Shown piece by piece: positions 50,772 through 64,000 of a stretch of 64,000 nt of DNA; the first letter of the stretch is position 1; each line of letters starts with the position of its first letter. Location: assembly GCA_973895155.1 (NCBI GenBank), contig OZ316892.1:15182861-15246860 (forward strand), written 5' to 3'. Both the position numbers and the translations under genes were made by a program. Below the pieces are notes generated by a model. It was not told where the DNA came from. It made no database searches and saw only the letters and a program-made list of their open reading frames with translations. The stretch comes from Marsupella aquatica (lineage: Eukaryota; Plantae; Marchantiophyta).

Positions 50772-51140
50772 CCTATCCATCATTGGCTGACCGCCCTGCC
50801 CCTTGGACATGCTCATGGCCCAAATAAGCTAGCTTGTCCTAAATGTCAGGCCCAGTTTGGCCCCGACTCTAGCAACCGTCTCCAAGGTTCCCACCCAATT
50901 GAAAGTCTAGGGGCCAAATGCACTTGGACCTCAACACCCATGCCTATTCTGCATTGTCTTCCTTATGCAAGCTCCCATGGAAAACGCGGCTTGGTTGCTA
51001 TTTTGGCAAGATTTGGCAAGTGGGCGAGATAGCCCTTGCAAACCTCAAGACCCAAAGGAACCCCCAGACCTAGCTTAGCTCAAGAGGATGTAGTACTTCT
51101 CAAGAGCTTTTGAACGTATCCAAGAAGTCCTCCAATGGAC
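50772..51140 (+). repeat. Dispersed repeat, diverged copy of 34932-35313
   Basis: Colinear similarity seen by eye. Confidence 0.8.
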
Positions 51141-52168
51141 ACCAATAGATTGTTTGAATCAAACCATATGAATCCATTTCGTGTGTGAATACTCGTGTGA
51201 CGGCTCGTGTGGCCTGGGGTGTGACGGGCCTGGGATGTTTGACCTCTCAACACATAGGCCTATTTAATTGTAAAGTAAAAAAATTCTTTAAAGTTTTTAG
51301 GGGTTTTTTAGTAAAACATGGCAAACTTTTAGAAAGAAAAGGTTTTGCAAAAACAATAATTCACTTACAAGTTAGGGGGGTCAAACCCTAAAATGTCCCA
51401 CGCAATGTATGGTCCTCCATATAGTGACACCCCCCCCCCCGCCCTGAGTATGTGTGTACCAATTGCCTTAGTTAACTTATAACCCTTGCATATGTGTACA
51501 CGAGAGTGCCTTGACTTGTCACCTTATTGATTTTGGAATTACATGTCAAACAATACACACTTACCCTTGTAGATGTGTGTACCAAAATACCTTAACTTGT
51601 AACCTTATAATTGATCTTAAAATTATAACTAGGGTCAAATAGACATATGCACATGTGTGTACTACAATAGATTGCCTAGCCTGTACAATAATATATGGGT
51701 CTAGGTTGTAATTATAGTTTTTTTTAAATGAAGGAGGGCACTTTATAGTAGGCAGGGGGGCAACAACCACCCAAGCCAGAACAAACACAAGTTTGGGGAC
51801 AACTCAATCCAGCCAACAGCAGCAGTGAGGCCAGTGGATCTCCCTCTGGCCCTGAACACAAGGATTGGTACAAATCCCCAAGAAGGGACAAAAAGTACCA
51901 CAACTACTACTCTGATTGCAACTAAACTCACTCTGCCCTTGAGCGAGAGAGTGAGGAGTGAGAGGACCTCTGGACTGGTTCTCAGTCTTGTTGGGTCCCT
52001 TGTACCCATCTTGTTGGACTATGTATTGTGGCCTGAAAAGATGATCCTTACTGTGTCCACACCATAGAGGCTGTGCCTTTGTCTGTCTAGTGCCCTTTTC
52101 CAACAATCTTACTTGTGTTGAGAAGGGAAGTGTATGTTATTTTGTTGTGTAAGCTTGCTAGTCATACT

Positions 52169-54200
52169 CTAGTAATTATTCATAGCACCGGGTATGTCTA
52201 AAGTGGCCCAAGGTCTCAATATGAGTTCCAGTTCCTCGATGTTTCGCTCTAGCTGACGAGATTTCTTACTGGAGTAGCTAATCACCAGCATGGCTTTGAG
52301 GTGATCCTGAGAATGACCCAACTGGGGAGGAAGTCTAAAAATTAAATGCGAATACACCTTGGCATTTCTATCTTTCCACATTTGGTTGCATAGTTCCATA
52401 AGGAGTACAATGGATCCAGGGTTGCATTTCTGGACCATCATAGTAGTGTCCATGGATTCAAACAGAGAGTTTTGTAGCCGATTCAGGGTCACAGTGTGGT
52501 TCAACAACGTCTTTATCTCAAGCCATTGGTTCCTCACTTTGTTGCAGCTGTAGAACAAGTATTCTGTGTTCGCAATATTGCAATTGCATCTTTCACAAAG
52601 ACCATTATTCATCCCCCACTTGTTTGCTCAATTGTTGTTGAAGAAACCATGCTTTAAAAGATGTCATGTAAAGAATCAAACCTTCATGAGGGCTCATCCT
52701 CCCCAGATCTTTTTCCAACCAGTTCCTCCAGTCAATTTCAGTCCCCTGTTGTCCCCATCTCCTATTCAATTGTAGAATATCCCAACGGAGTACTTAGCCG
52801 GAGTGACCCACATACTGGTCGGATGTTTCCAACTAAACACACATGGCTTCCACTCCCACTGCCAGCTTCTACAACGATGCAGGTCCATTTCAGACGGTGT
52901 CTCACTTGTGTTAGGATAAACTCTTAGGTCTAAAGTTATGTCAATTGTACCATAGTTAGGGCTAACCTTAGTCGCAAACTAGATTAGGTTAGTCATACTG
53001 CACACACACTATATCCAAGTTGTGTTTGCTTGGATGATGGGAACTCTGGCTCATTGTTACAGAACCAATTAAGATATAGGGAGAGCTTGTGTTTTGGATG
53101 CTTGGTATGACCGGTCAACCTAGAGTGTAATAAAGCTCTTGTGTGTTCCCGAGGATGTAGCCTCATGTGGAAGTGAACCATGTATCTCTCTGTGTCAACT
53201 ACTTGATCATTGGATGGTTATGAGCATGTCATTGTGAATGTCGTCAATGCTCAACAATGTGGGGTGACTGTGTCAAAGAAGTTATTGAATTTGTTAACTC
53301 CTATCCTCCTATTGCTTCTGGTCAGAGCAATGATTTTGTGCTTGTCGTGCCACCTTTTCCCATTACTGATTAAGACACCCAAGTTCTTAATTCTCCGTTT
53401 GGCTAGGAATCTTGTTATATCAGTTTTCATTCCCTTTGGATCGTGCCCACCCCTAAAGTACAAAATCAACGTCTATTCTATAGTCAGGTGAGAAGGCAAA
53501 GGGCTCACTCCAAAATTGAAATTGAGTCGCTTGCTCAATACTCGTGGACTAAGTATGGGGAGACTAGTGGGCAACAAAGCGGTGCACTAGCAAAGGCAAT
53601 GCTCTAAGCTGGTGATGCACACTAAGGACTTCTAGCGTGGGATCTGGTCGGGTCATGGGAAGGGTCTGGCTCAGAGTGGACCATCCGGACCCCTTGGATA
53701 GACTTTGAGTTCTGAGGGCTTGAGTGAGAGCGAGAGTGAGAGGTCCTCTTGGCTAAGGAAGTTTACTTCATGCGCAACGGACGTTTGGCACATGCAATAC
53801 GATGCGACGCATGTTTGACCGTCCATGACTTCCCAACTGACTCCCAACTGACAACAGGTTCCAAGGACCTAGACATGAGCACTGGGTCGGCCCGATCACA
53901 ATGGGCTAAGGCACTTCACTTAGAACATCTAACTAGAAAATTATGGACATAACAAATTAGTTGCGTGTCTATGCGATTGATTAGAGTCCAGGTTGAGGGC
54001 CAACTATAGGGGACCAAAGTCGGTTTGAGGGTGACAGTTCTCCAGAAACATATATGAAGGGAGTGTCTCTCTGGGGGGCCAAGGGCAAGCCGTGACGGTT
54101 GCTGCAACACTTAGGAGAAACGTCAAACAAGAATTGAAAGGCAACTGGGCTTTGAGCCAGTCTATTTGGGGTCACTTCAGGGAAGGAAAGGGGTGATCTA
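52169..54200 (-). mobile_element. Decayed LINE (L1-like) ORF2 remnant
   Basis: zf-RVT-like CERCNCNIANTEYLFYSC...W...MWKDRN at 52169-52612 and a degenerate RQGCPLAP-like motif (RHGLPLAP) at about 54075-54098. Confidence 0.7.
52909..53256 (+). mobile_element. Solo LTR of the same family as 36761-37105, inserted in the LINE
   Basis: tgttaggata...tgctcaaca, colinear with the reverse complement of 36761-37105; TSD not clean. Confidence 0.87.
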
Positions 54201-56143
54201 ATTTAGACAGAGGTTAGGCCTGTTTCATGAGACAGGTCAACGTTGCCACCCCCCATTTTTAGAAATTGTTAACTCAGTTTTGTAACCAAAGTTACGGGAT
54301 TAACCCTGAATCCGCAACTCCACAACTCAGGCTAGTGGCAGAGTTTTGTGACACCCTATTGTAATTTTGTGGGTCTCCTTTCCCATTTTGCCCCTTGGAG
54401 CAGTCTCACATGCAAGCGCCAGGACACTTTAATCTGGGATGTATCATCATGTGTGGTGGTTGTCTCTAGACCCTAACTGTTAATCTTATTATTAAAGTGC
54501 GAATGTACTCTTAAGGGTCTAGAGTGAAACCACTAGACCCTAACCCTTAATACAAACAAAAGTGATCCAGTCTCAATAAAAAATTATAAAATAATGAGGA
54601 TGGGCAAAAATGATATTGATTTCAAGTAAAGACAAAACTGAAAAAAAACAAGGCTAGGGCAAAGATTAAATAGCATAGAAACTTTATTCCACGTGATTCT
54701 TTTTCTTCATATCTATTCCGTTGGGTAATTGGGCTAGTAAAGATGAAAGTGACAATAACTGTTAATAAGGACAACACACATGAGGGTAAAACAGAAAATA
54801 GGGAGGGGAGCAAAGATGAAGAAAAATGACATTGACTCTGAATACCGAAAAAATGGAAATAAATGAGTAAAAAATAAGGGTGGGGCAAAGATGAAGGGAA
54901 AATAATGTAAAAGTTTTTTGATTTCAAGATTTTTTTGTGTATTCATGACTGGGTTTTTGTGTTGACTGTTTACGTGCAAGGAACTGGTAATTGGGCTAGT
55001 GCTCGTAGTTAGTCAATACAAGAAGTTTTACTAGTTGACTCTGGGGATTGGAACGGCTTAGACTAAATTTAGACTAACTTTTGTGTTATCTAAAACTGGG
55101 TCCTCAGGTCGCGGCAGGGCATGGCACTTTAGCCACGTTGATACTCCAGGGCTGATTGGAAAGATGGCACCAAGACGATTTCTAGTAGCAGGCATAGCAC
55201 TCACGCTATGTTCAATACTCCGCTACTGGGTGGAAAGACAGCACCAAAGCTATGCTGATACCAACGCTTTGTACCCAATACGTGAGTCTCCGCATGCCTA
55301 GTAAGAGCTGAAGAATTCTTTCATACACAGGGGGTAATGCAAGTTTGTCTAATCGGGCACTGTTCGACACGTGCTCACGTCTCATGAGAATCGTTCTAGA
55401 TGGTCACTAAGGCCACAATTGTGCTTGACGGATTACTTTTAAACTGGCGATAGCGCTATTGAGTACACAAGTCACGAATAGGTTTTCCGTGAAAGACATC
55501 AACTCTGCCTCATCATGTTCGTGACGAATTTTCATTTTATCTTGCTTTCTTCACTTAGAATTTGAGTGCTTTATCAGATTTCTCCAGAGCTTCAGAAAAC
55601 TATTGATCTTGCCCGCATGCCAAGTTTGATGGATGTAGCACAACGGCAGAATAAATTTAACCTCTCCTCATTCATGTATGACCAAAGCGGGAAACGTAGA
55701 GGTTCCAAATTTTTTCACATCTCTACTGCACCATCGCACTGTCAGCAATTGAGATCCAACATGTGATTGTCCGACTATGGCCGAAGCGACCTCTAGGAGC
55801 TGACCCACACCCTAGAGTGTATCTTCTCTATGCCCTTCAAAACACATGCTTATTGCGAGAACTTGGCTGCTTGAGACCAAATACCGCCTGCCCAGAAAGA
55901 GACGAAACCTTTCTACAAGACTCTTCAAACTCTATTTATGTGCAAGGAATCAGGGGAAAGAGTAGCCCGACCTAGTAACTAGATACCTGCATCATTTCTC
56001 AGGCTTCTTTTATATTGGAAATTCGATATCTGCACAACGAGCGACTCTGTAATTTACATCAATACTAAAGCTTTGATGGGGGTTTAAAAGAAAAGAGATT
56101 TATGAAATTGGCCCATACGATCTTGCACAGGAAGGATCAAACA

Positions 56144-59100
56144 CTATCGGCCAGACATCAACCCCGTTCTGACTGTATCGCTTCCAAATGCGCTCATCTC
56201 CCAGTCTTGCGTGGCAGATGACAATGTCATTAATGCTACCACTGCAGTCCGCATGCTAGGCCGTAGTTCTGGGTTCTCCTGAGTACAAGCTCCCGCGAGT
56301 TGTGCCATCTGTACAGCAAGGTTCCACGTCAGCTGTGCAGATCTCCCTAACCCCGCCAAGCACACCGTCATTTGATCTTCTATGATCCAGAACCTAAAGA
56401 TTGCTAGTCACCAAATAACTTAACGAGCGACACATTGGTCACGCCAGGCATACTAGTACGTCAAAGAGAATTTCACTACAACTATTTTTTTTGGTACTAC
56501 TGTCCCTCCTGACTAGGTAAAGGCTGACGAGGAAAGGAGATAAGTCGACCTTCCATGCTGACTCCAGTGGATAAGTGCCATTGAGAGCAGGATCTACAAG
56601 CCTCGCTAATTTCTCTTTTCCATCTGGATCAGTCAAAACTTCTTCAAACTGCAATCAAATATCCCCGTGAGCATTAAAAGAAAATAGCGGAACATAAGAT
56701 TGAATTACAATGTACAGAAAAAACCCGCATTCCAGTAAAACAACTATGGTTTTGAGAAATACCAGAGTTACAAGACCTCTTTGCTCCTCCTTGTTAGCAC
56801 CCATTGGTTCTGTTGAGGACCCTGGGAACCGTACAATTGCGGCCTTGGCAGAGACTATCTCAAAAAGGACAACCCCAAAGGAATACACATCCACTTTAGG
56901 TGACACGTCCCCAAATCGAGCGTATCTGTCAAAAAGGATTTTTTCGGTCAACTCAGGACCGTCATTGGACATAAACTGCAGACAAGTGCTTAAGAAAACC
57001 TATCACATCTACCTATACTTCTATAAATGGAACCAATTTGAGAGCTCGGATGTCGGCCCACGGTAAGGGATCGTGCGAAGGCATCCGATGTCCTACTCTA
57101 CTCACAGAGCATTTTCACTACTTAATCCAACTGCAAAAGTCCACATGCAGAGTTGACCTTAGAGTGAAGACAGCTATCTCCTCACCAAGCATTAACACTA
57201 GAACCCTGTGCCCCGGGGGTATAAGCACCATCCATACATTTATTCAGTCCACACAAAGACAAGAGCAGAACTACAGAAAGTAACAAAAGATGGGATCTGG
57301 TTCTCACTCTGGGGACATGTAACCAAAAGTTCCCACCAATCTTGTTGGACCGGTCAATGAAAAGCTTCCAATTCCTGACTCCGTAAGCTTAGTGAGACCA
57401 AAATCTGCGACCTGTATAATTGGATGTTAGAAGACAACGATTTGATGGCGATGGTCGATTCTTGCAATAAGATACTTCAAAGCCTAGCTCTTTCTGGGCA
57501 AGTGTAAAAGATGATACTGAAGGCAAGCGTGTTCCGTTAAAACAATCTTCTCTTTCAAAGGTACTTGAGGACTGCCCCTCAAAATGATACATCAAATGCT
57601 TCGGTGTGTGTCCAGACTTTATCTCGAGCTTAATAATTTCTCCAGCTTTTTGATAACGTTATCTTACGATAAGGACTGAAGAGTCCTATAACGACGAATT
57701 TCTTTTGGGTCAGGGATTAATAGCTTAAACTTGCCACGTGAAGATCAAGGCTGGAACAGTTGCTGTGTAATGTTTAGTGTCTATATCTATACGTCCACGA
57801 CCATGCACATCCAGGTTGAGAACTTTATAAAGCCTTTTGGATTCCCGTCGTAACCAATCCAAATCAATTGTCCAAAGGGTTTTCGCATGCAACTCATTTC
57901 CACTGTCCATGGGATCGGCAAGGTCTTCTCAAGATCACGTACTTGGGCTGTACTTTTATAATTTTGCACTTCATCATAGGAGGGCTCAGGATATTGAAAC
58001 CTCTCCCTCATTACGTGGCATATTGCTGTATCTTATAGATACCACTTTCTGATTTTCATCTCCTAGCTCTGTCACAGCCTTGAGATTCAGGGAGGGAGAC
58101 AATATGCAAGGTCGACAGGATTGTCTTTCCGCACCGAACTTGGCCACTCAAACAAAATGTAAGATCATGTAAATCAGGTTTGAGTTGGTCACAGACCCAT
58201 ATATTACGTAAGAGGTTACGGCACTGAATACAAAGTACCTCAAGGGTTTCGGGAAGTCTTTTGGTGATGAGATCAGGAATCAACTCATTGGCACTCGGAA
58301 AGAAAACGAATGGACAGCAATATGCACAGTTCTTACCTTGGCATGTAGCTGCTTATCGATAAGAATGTTACTTGACTTTACATCTCTGTGGATATACGTT
58401 GGCTTTGTGTGTTCATGTATGTACTCCAAACCCCTCGCGGCATCTAGCGCAATTTGTACACGTGCGGGCCAGGACAAAGGTGGAAGATCTGATACGAGGG
58501 CGAAACAAATTTGCATGTGGGTAACGTGGAGTCCAAATGAGTACCTCGTCAAATGCCAGTAACGCCTAACTAACCTCTGATCACGAAAACCAACCACAAG
58601 CAAAACACCACGAAACGAAACAAAAACATCGTAGAGGCAAAATGTGTACTCATATCTTATCCTGATCTGCTGCTGTGATTAAGTCATAGAAAGGGAGTGG
58701 AAACATTACTATGGCTGCCGTGCAGATGACGATCCAGAGTTCCGTTCTCCACATATTCGTAGATTAAGAACAAAGAATCCACCGTGCAGTATCCAATCAA
58801 TTGAACCTGCATGCCTTGTGATTGGACACCTTCAGAATATGGTCTACTCAGCATCTAAACGTTTCATATCTAAACACTTTCATAGCTCCGCAAACAGGAC
58901 ACAGATTGTCCACAACTACAAATACGAACATCAGAGTATACAAACCCTTCATCCTGGTATCTAGCAATTAGAATATAATAATATTGCTACAATTCTATTC
59001 CCACAAATAAATAAATATACTAGGATAAAGATATTTTTAGGAATAGCATTTGTATAAATATGGAATTGCAGGTAATACAAATTTAGAATGATACATGCAT

Positions 59101-62100
59101 CCGGGGAAAAGCACCTCGAGATATTGTCTAACATTCATTCCACATCCCAAATCAGGGCAGGAATCTGGCATATGAAGACCTTACCAAATTAGTGTGATGT
59201 ACATGAGTGAGTACTTGAAGCTCAGCCAGAAACTCCCGCGTTGCTTGAAGATCCATTCTTTTCACGGCCATTTTCTACAATATGCAAGACTCAACAACTC
59301 GTTAGCTATGCCGGCATTACACCTGAAGTGTGATACCTGATCCCAACTTCGAGGTACAAGTTTCAAACACGACACAAAAACACAAAAACACAAAAACACA
59401 AAATAACATAATGAACAAATACGACAAATTGCTGTGCTCGGTATATAACAATGTTAGGCTCATTGAAAAACTCTCAAAAACTTTTCTAAGAATTCTAGCC
59501 ATGAAAGGTTTTATTGAGAGTCCTCGAGATACCCAAAAACAGTAAAAAGATGGAGACAACAAGAGGAAATTAAGATTGCACTGACCAAAATTAAAAGCTT
59601 AGTCTAATATCACTCAATCGTGGGAGATCAAAAGTTGCAATTTGCGTATTCTAAAGTTCTCATCCGGAAATCTTCGGCAAAACTTTAAACAGGATAGCTC
59701 ACTAATACAATACCACACCAAATAGAGGCAGGAGTGGAGACCAAAATCATCAGACACTACTTTCAAACACGCCTCCAATACCGCAGATGAAATTGGTCAC
59801 TGATCTCAAGAAGTGTCTCTGAATTAAGAAATATCATGCTTCTTGCTGCACGTGAACAAATGTATTGTCAATCTCTTGCATGAGTCAAGGAAACGTGACA
59901 TACCTGACCCCGTAGAGTGGCCAAGTAGACAGCACCATAACCACCCTCTCCAATCTTGTTAGCAACATTGAAGTTGTTGGTCGCAGCTGCGAGCTCCTGA
60001 AATGAAAACTCAACAGACTTGTCCACAGTGAAATCTGATAATGCTGAAGGTCCATGACCACTACCTGCACTGGACCCCGCTGTGCCGTCGCCTGGAAACT
60101 TGAGCATCGCTGTGAAGTAGAAATGAAACCAGATCTGCATTTAGTCTAACGATGAATCTCAATAACTAATATGCTGCTTAGCTTCCCTTTCACCAAGAGA
60201 CGCAAAAACTTCTTAAGGACGTTGAGCTACAACCCAGGATTGAGCCGAAAAAGGTAAATCTGCGTGATTTTGTGAAAGAAGGAACAGAACAATGCCGCAC
60301 TTTTCAATAGACTCAAAGTGTCACTTTTAGTATAGGTAGACGTAGAAAAATGTGTTGGAAGTCCTAATCTAATCTCCCGGCCAGCAATAGGAGTACACAC
60401 ACGCTGGTCTTTCGTCACAGTTAAGCCTTGGTTCTCTAAATAGTTTTATACCGAAGCTGAAAAAGAACTGCTAATCGCTTAAGATCTGTTTCGCTGATGA
60501 TTTGCTCGCCTGTGTTATCCTTTTTTAAATTCAAATCTATTGGTCCCTGAAAGTAACCCGCAGGCTATACTACAACATCAGGATCTTCTGTGAAAGCAAC
60601 ACAGGTGTTGCCCTACGACGATCTAAATGGGCTCCAGATGTAAGTATCTGCGGCTAGAGTGAATGGTCCGGAACTCTTTATGGATTCGAGTAATCCGCAT
60701 TCCAAGACCGCATTATTCTCACCAACCTCGCGAACACTTAGATGCAATCTCTCAATGAAGCGGGACAAGATATATTTTAAACGAACACATCTCATTGCAG
60801 GAAAACTTCAGATATAAGCACCTGATGGACTTTCTCTTGAAAACCCAGTACCTGACTGAATCTTCTCAAGGTCATCCTTGCCTTTCGTTGGTTGTTTCTT
60901 TCTTGATAAAAAGATGTAGCAAAGGCACAGGACCAGCATGAACAACAGAACAGCAACCCCTCCTCCAACAGACACACCGATTATCAGAGCATGATTGTTG
61001 CTGCTACTCCCTGTCATCACAGATTCGCACCTTAGAAACGCAGGGTTGTAATGAAATAATCCAAACCTGATATAAAGAAACGCAAATTCGTGTTGTTCAC
61101 GTTACGAGAAAACAGGGTGCCAACATAGTGTTGCCCGAGGTCTTTGGGGACCAACACATCGAATATAGAACCGGCAACAGTTTCCAGGACACTCACCATC
61201 ATCACTGCAAAACATTAATCAGCAAATCAATGATCAGAACGAATTTCAGTGTCGTGCTTGGACCTTCCAAGCACCCCAACAAGCTCACAAGGGAGCAGCA
61301 AACTCACAAGAGAGCCATCAATATCTTGAGACGTGATAGGGCTCAAACTGACTGCTGACATGAAGCTACGAGGTGCACGGTGTACGTACAGGTTCCAGGG
61401 ATGAATTACGATGACAAACCTATCCAAGGTCTTTATATTATGCATTAACTATTTAACTTCCATCCTCATATCCTGCTAATTAGCTTGCACCATTTTGCGC
61501 ACTACTGGTCCAGACAAGCCGTTCACAATCAGTTCACGTTGAGCCAGTCAACAAAGCGAACTCAATTCTCCTGCTGTCTTGACGCCAGAAAAGATCCTTA
61601 GCCAGAACTTTCCAAGTGACTAGAAGTGCTACCTGAAATTGTAAGGTGGATATACGCCATTCTCTGCAACCAAGTGACAGATTACAAAGAAGCAAGGTAA
61701 ATTACAAAGCCCACAGACTGACAACAGGCACGAACAATCCTAGTATTAAAGAGGTGAAAGATACGCAGACAAAGGTATCTCCAAGGAGGGAAACCTGTGA
61801 CACTCTTCGATTAATGGATTTTTTCACTTCCAAGGGTGCGATTATATAACGAAAGCAGAAGGAGCCGTACCTCTAATGGGAATGAACAAGATGTCTCCGT
61901 CTGACAAGGTGCCGCTCCAGTTGGCAGATGGATTATATGCGTGTAGCACATTTTCGGGCACCAAAAATGTAGAAGCAAGAGAAGAAGAATTGTCCGTGGA
62001 AAAAGCCGGGTATGTCGCAAAGAGTCCATAACTAGGACTTACAACCGGATTCCCGCAAGAGCAGTTCACCGGTACTTGTAATAATTCTCCTTGGTCGATC

Positions 62101-62522
62101 AATGTGTTAGCGGTTATACCATTCGCTTGGCTAATCCAATCTGACTGAGACAAGCCTTCAAATATGCTATCTGCGATTCTGATAATGGTGTCGTCCAGCT
62201 GCACTGAATACGTGTAACTGTGGCTCAAGAAACCGTCCAAGCACTCGCAAGGAAATGGAAAAAGGATAAAGTCGCCACTTAGAATGACGTTCTGCAAACC
62301 TATGGCATTATAAATCTGCACGTCAGCTAAGGTAGTCTGGAACCGATTAACCAAACTAAGCAGATCGTCTCCCCTTTGTACCGTGTAATATGCCAATGCC
62401 GTGCTGCAACCCTTTCGCGGCACACATGCGCTTTCTAGAAGTTGTATCCAGTTGTAGAAGCAGTACACAACGATAACCATTGACCACAACCATGGCCTCT
62501 TCTTCACTATTCTATTCCTCAT
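56144..62522 (-). CDS. LysM receptor-like kinase (LYK/CERK1 type), about 11 exons: 62522-61871, 61663-61633, ~61030-60822, ~60109-59904, 59274-59185, 58806-58710, 58488-58337, 57411-57308, 56925-56763, 56648-56550, 56308-56144
   Basis: Signal peptide, three LysM modules separated by CEC and CSC, TM helix, [49 protein letters not shown] and terminal LMSGR. Borders are GT-AG; juxtamembrane exon limits are uncertain. Confidence 0.93.
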
Positions 62523-63719
62523 TGCCTCAAGAACAGTCCACGATCCAAAATCCTCGCATCCAAAAATTATCTACCGTGTCTTCTTTTAACTCAGCCTCTC
62601 CGAACTCGTTCTTTGGACCCTGCAGCTCATCCCCCTTCTGTCACTTCTTCTACAGACCTCGTTATTCGTGGAATTCCGCCCCGCTCCCCCGCCTCCACCA
62701 CCTACTTGCTCAACTCATCCGTCCTCCGTGAATACCCTGCCCCTCTTCACACGGCATGGCTCCCTCCACCGCGTACCGTACAGCAGCTTACTGGACCGTA
62801 CTGGCGAACGAAGTCTCCTCTAGTCAATAGAGCCTGCTCATCGAGTCAAAAGGCGCATCACATCACACTCACCGATGACCGATGTCTTCTCAACTCGAGG
62901 CAGCACTCCACATCATCAGTCCTGATAACTCACGAGTCACACTCACTACTCTTTCCTACCTAAACCCCGGTGAGCCCCGGTCCTACCTGCGTTCTCTCGT
63001 ACTTGCGTTGTGCAGCAGTAGTCTCGTCATAGCTCGGATGGCCACCTACACCTACTAGTCTTAGTGTACCGTCATGATCAACGATACCATCAGCTCTCCA
63101 GTAGTCCCTCTCGCCCTTCCGCTTGGACATCATCCTTCTTTACAATCACTTCGGTCCCTCACTCAACCTCCGTGACGAAGCACAGTCGATCGTTCTGTGT
63201 CCCTCCACTAACTCTTCGTTCGTGTCTGCATACTCCTAGACAGACGATCCTGCTCATCAATTTCCTGCAGGCGACTGAGACACAGAAGAGCAACAGCTGA
63301 TGAGGTCGATTGTGCATTAATTTGGTTTCTTCTTCCTCCCTCTTCCCATGTGTTCTTGTTTGCACCAGCAGGAGCATGTTGCCGCCCTCGAAGGTTCGTA
63401 GTTTCATTCGTTTCCGAGAAGCAGGAACTCAACAACTTACCGTACTGCCATTTGACTAGGCGCGTTTGCTTTTCTTATTTTTCCCAACCTTCACTACCAT
63501 CAATTTAATTTCAGGGTCTTGTGGGCCAAAAAAAAACTTGGACGAATATCAAAACAACCCCCAATGTAGATTGTACTCAGGAGCTCTCTTTTGCATGCTG
63601 GGTCCAAGTCCAAGTCATAATGCAACATTGGTCATTGTTTCTACACCTTCTTCCGCAAGTGACTTGCAAGGTACATTGGCGGGTATCTCTCTCTCTACAC
63701 ATACACACTCTGCACACCC

Positions 63720-63785
63720 AGGCGATGAAGGGTTTTGAACATAAGCCTGGCAGTTCCAAGTCTCAATCCCCTGGCCACATGAGCT
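63720..63785 (-). other. Possible tRNA-derived SINE head (degenerate A and B boxes)
   Basis: The minus strand reads AGCTCATGTGG, about 33 nt, then GTTCAAAAC; no clean cloverleaf. Confidence 0.25.
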
Positions 63786-64000
63786 GGATCACTAGTTCTC
63801 ACTCAAGTGCTTCATGTTTTAAAACATTTCCAAGATACTAAATATGCACTTCATTAGAATACCATATAACATTAGAAAAAATCCGATTCTTTATGTATTT
63901 TACCTAAATCTCTGAAGAGATGGGGAGATCACTTGAGTATAGACTATGTTATGACACCCCCTTTGCATCCATTATATTCACATTTAGTACAGGGCGCTTT

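Overview
Eukaryotic nuclear DNA, most likely from a non-seed land plant: it has spliceosomal introns, and its cpSRP54 keeps the SRP-RNA-binding SM and GxG motifs. Host genes, all on the - strand, are a spliced mitochondrial pyruvate carrier that the ORF track misses (about 1.7-4.2 kb), a PMS1/MutL pseudogene fragment, an intronless DUF3475/DUF668 gene, an intronless cpSRP54 and a multi-exon CERK1-like LysM receptor kinase. The rest is nested transposons. The main result is a decayed Ty3/Gypsy-type retroelement at 9675-26257 (-) with a 4-bp TSD (CAGC). Its pol reads protease, DNMT3-like C5 cytosine methyltransferase, RT, RNase H, DDE integrase, PHD finger. Instead of two ordinary LTRs it has split direct repeats A1...B1-gc-A2-B2. 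A 15-nt self-complementary, Tf1-like primer site abuts A1, a G7 polypurine tract abuts B1, and the TG..CA integrase ends are reconstituted inside the repeat. I infer that it integrated from a circularised cDNA cut at an LTR-internal att site. A young Copia with a 5-bp TSD sits in its integrase. Also present are two related solo LTRs, a decayed Gypsy, a Bianca-like Copia with a clean internal inversion and a MITE, a LINE remnant and several tandem repeats. All alignments, counts and exon calls were made by eye.
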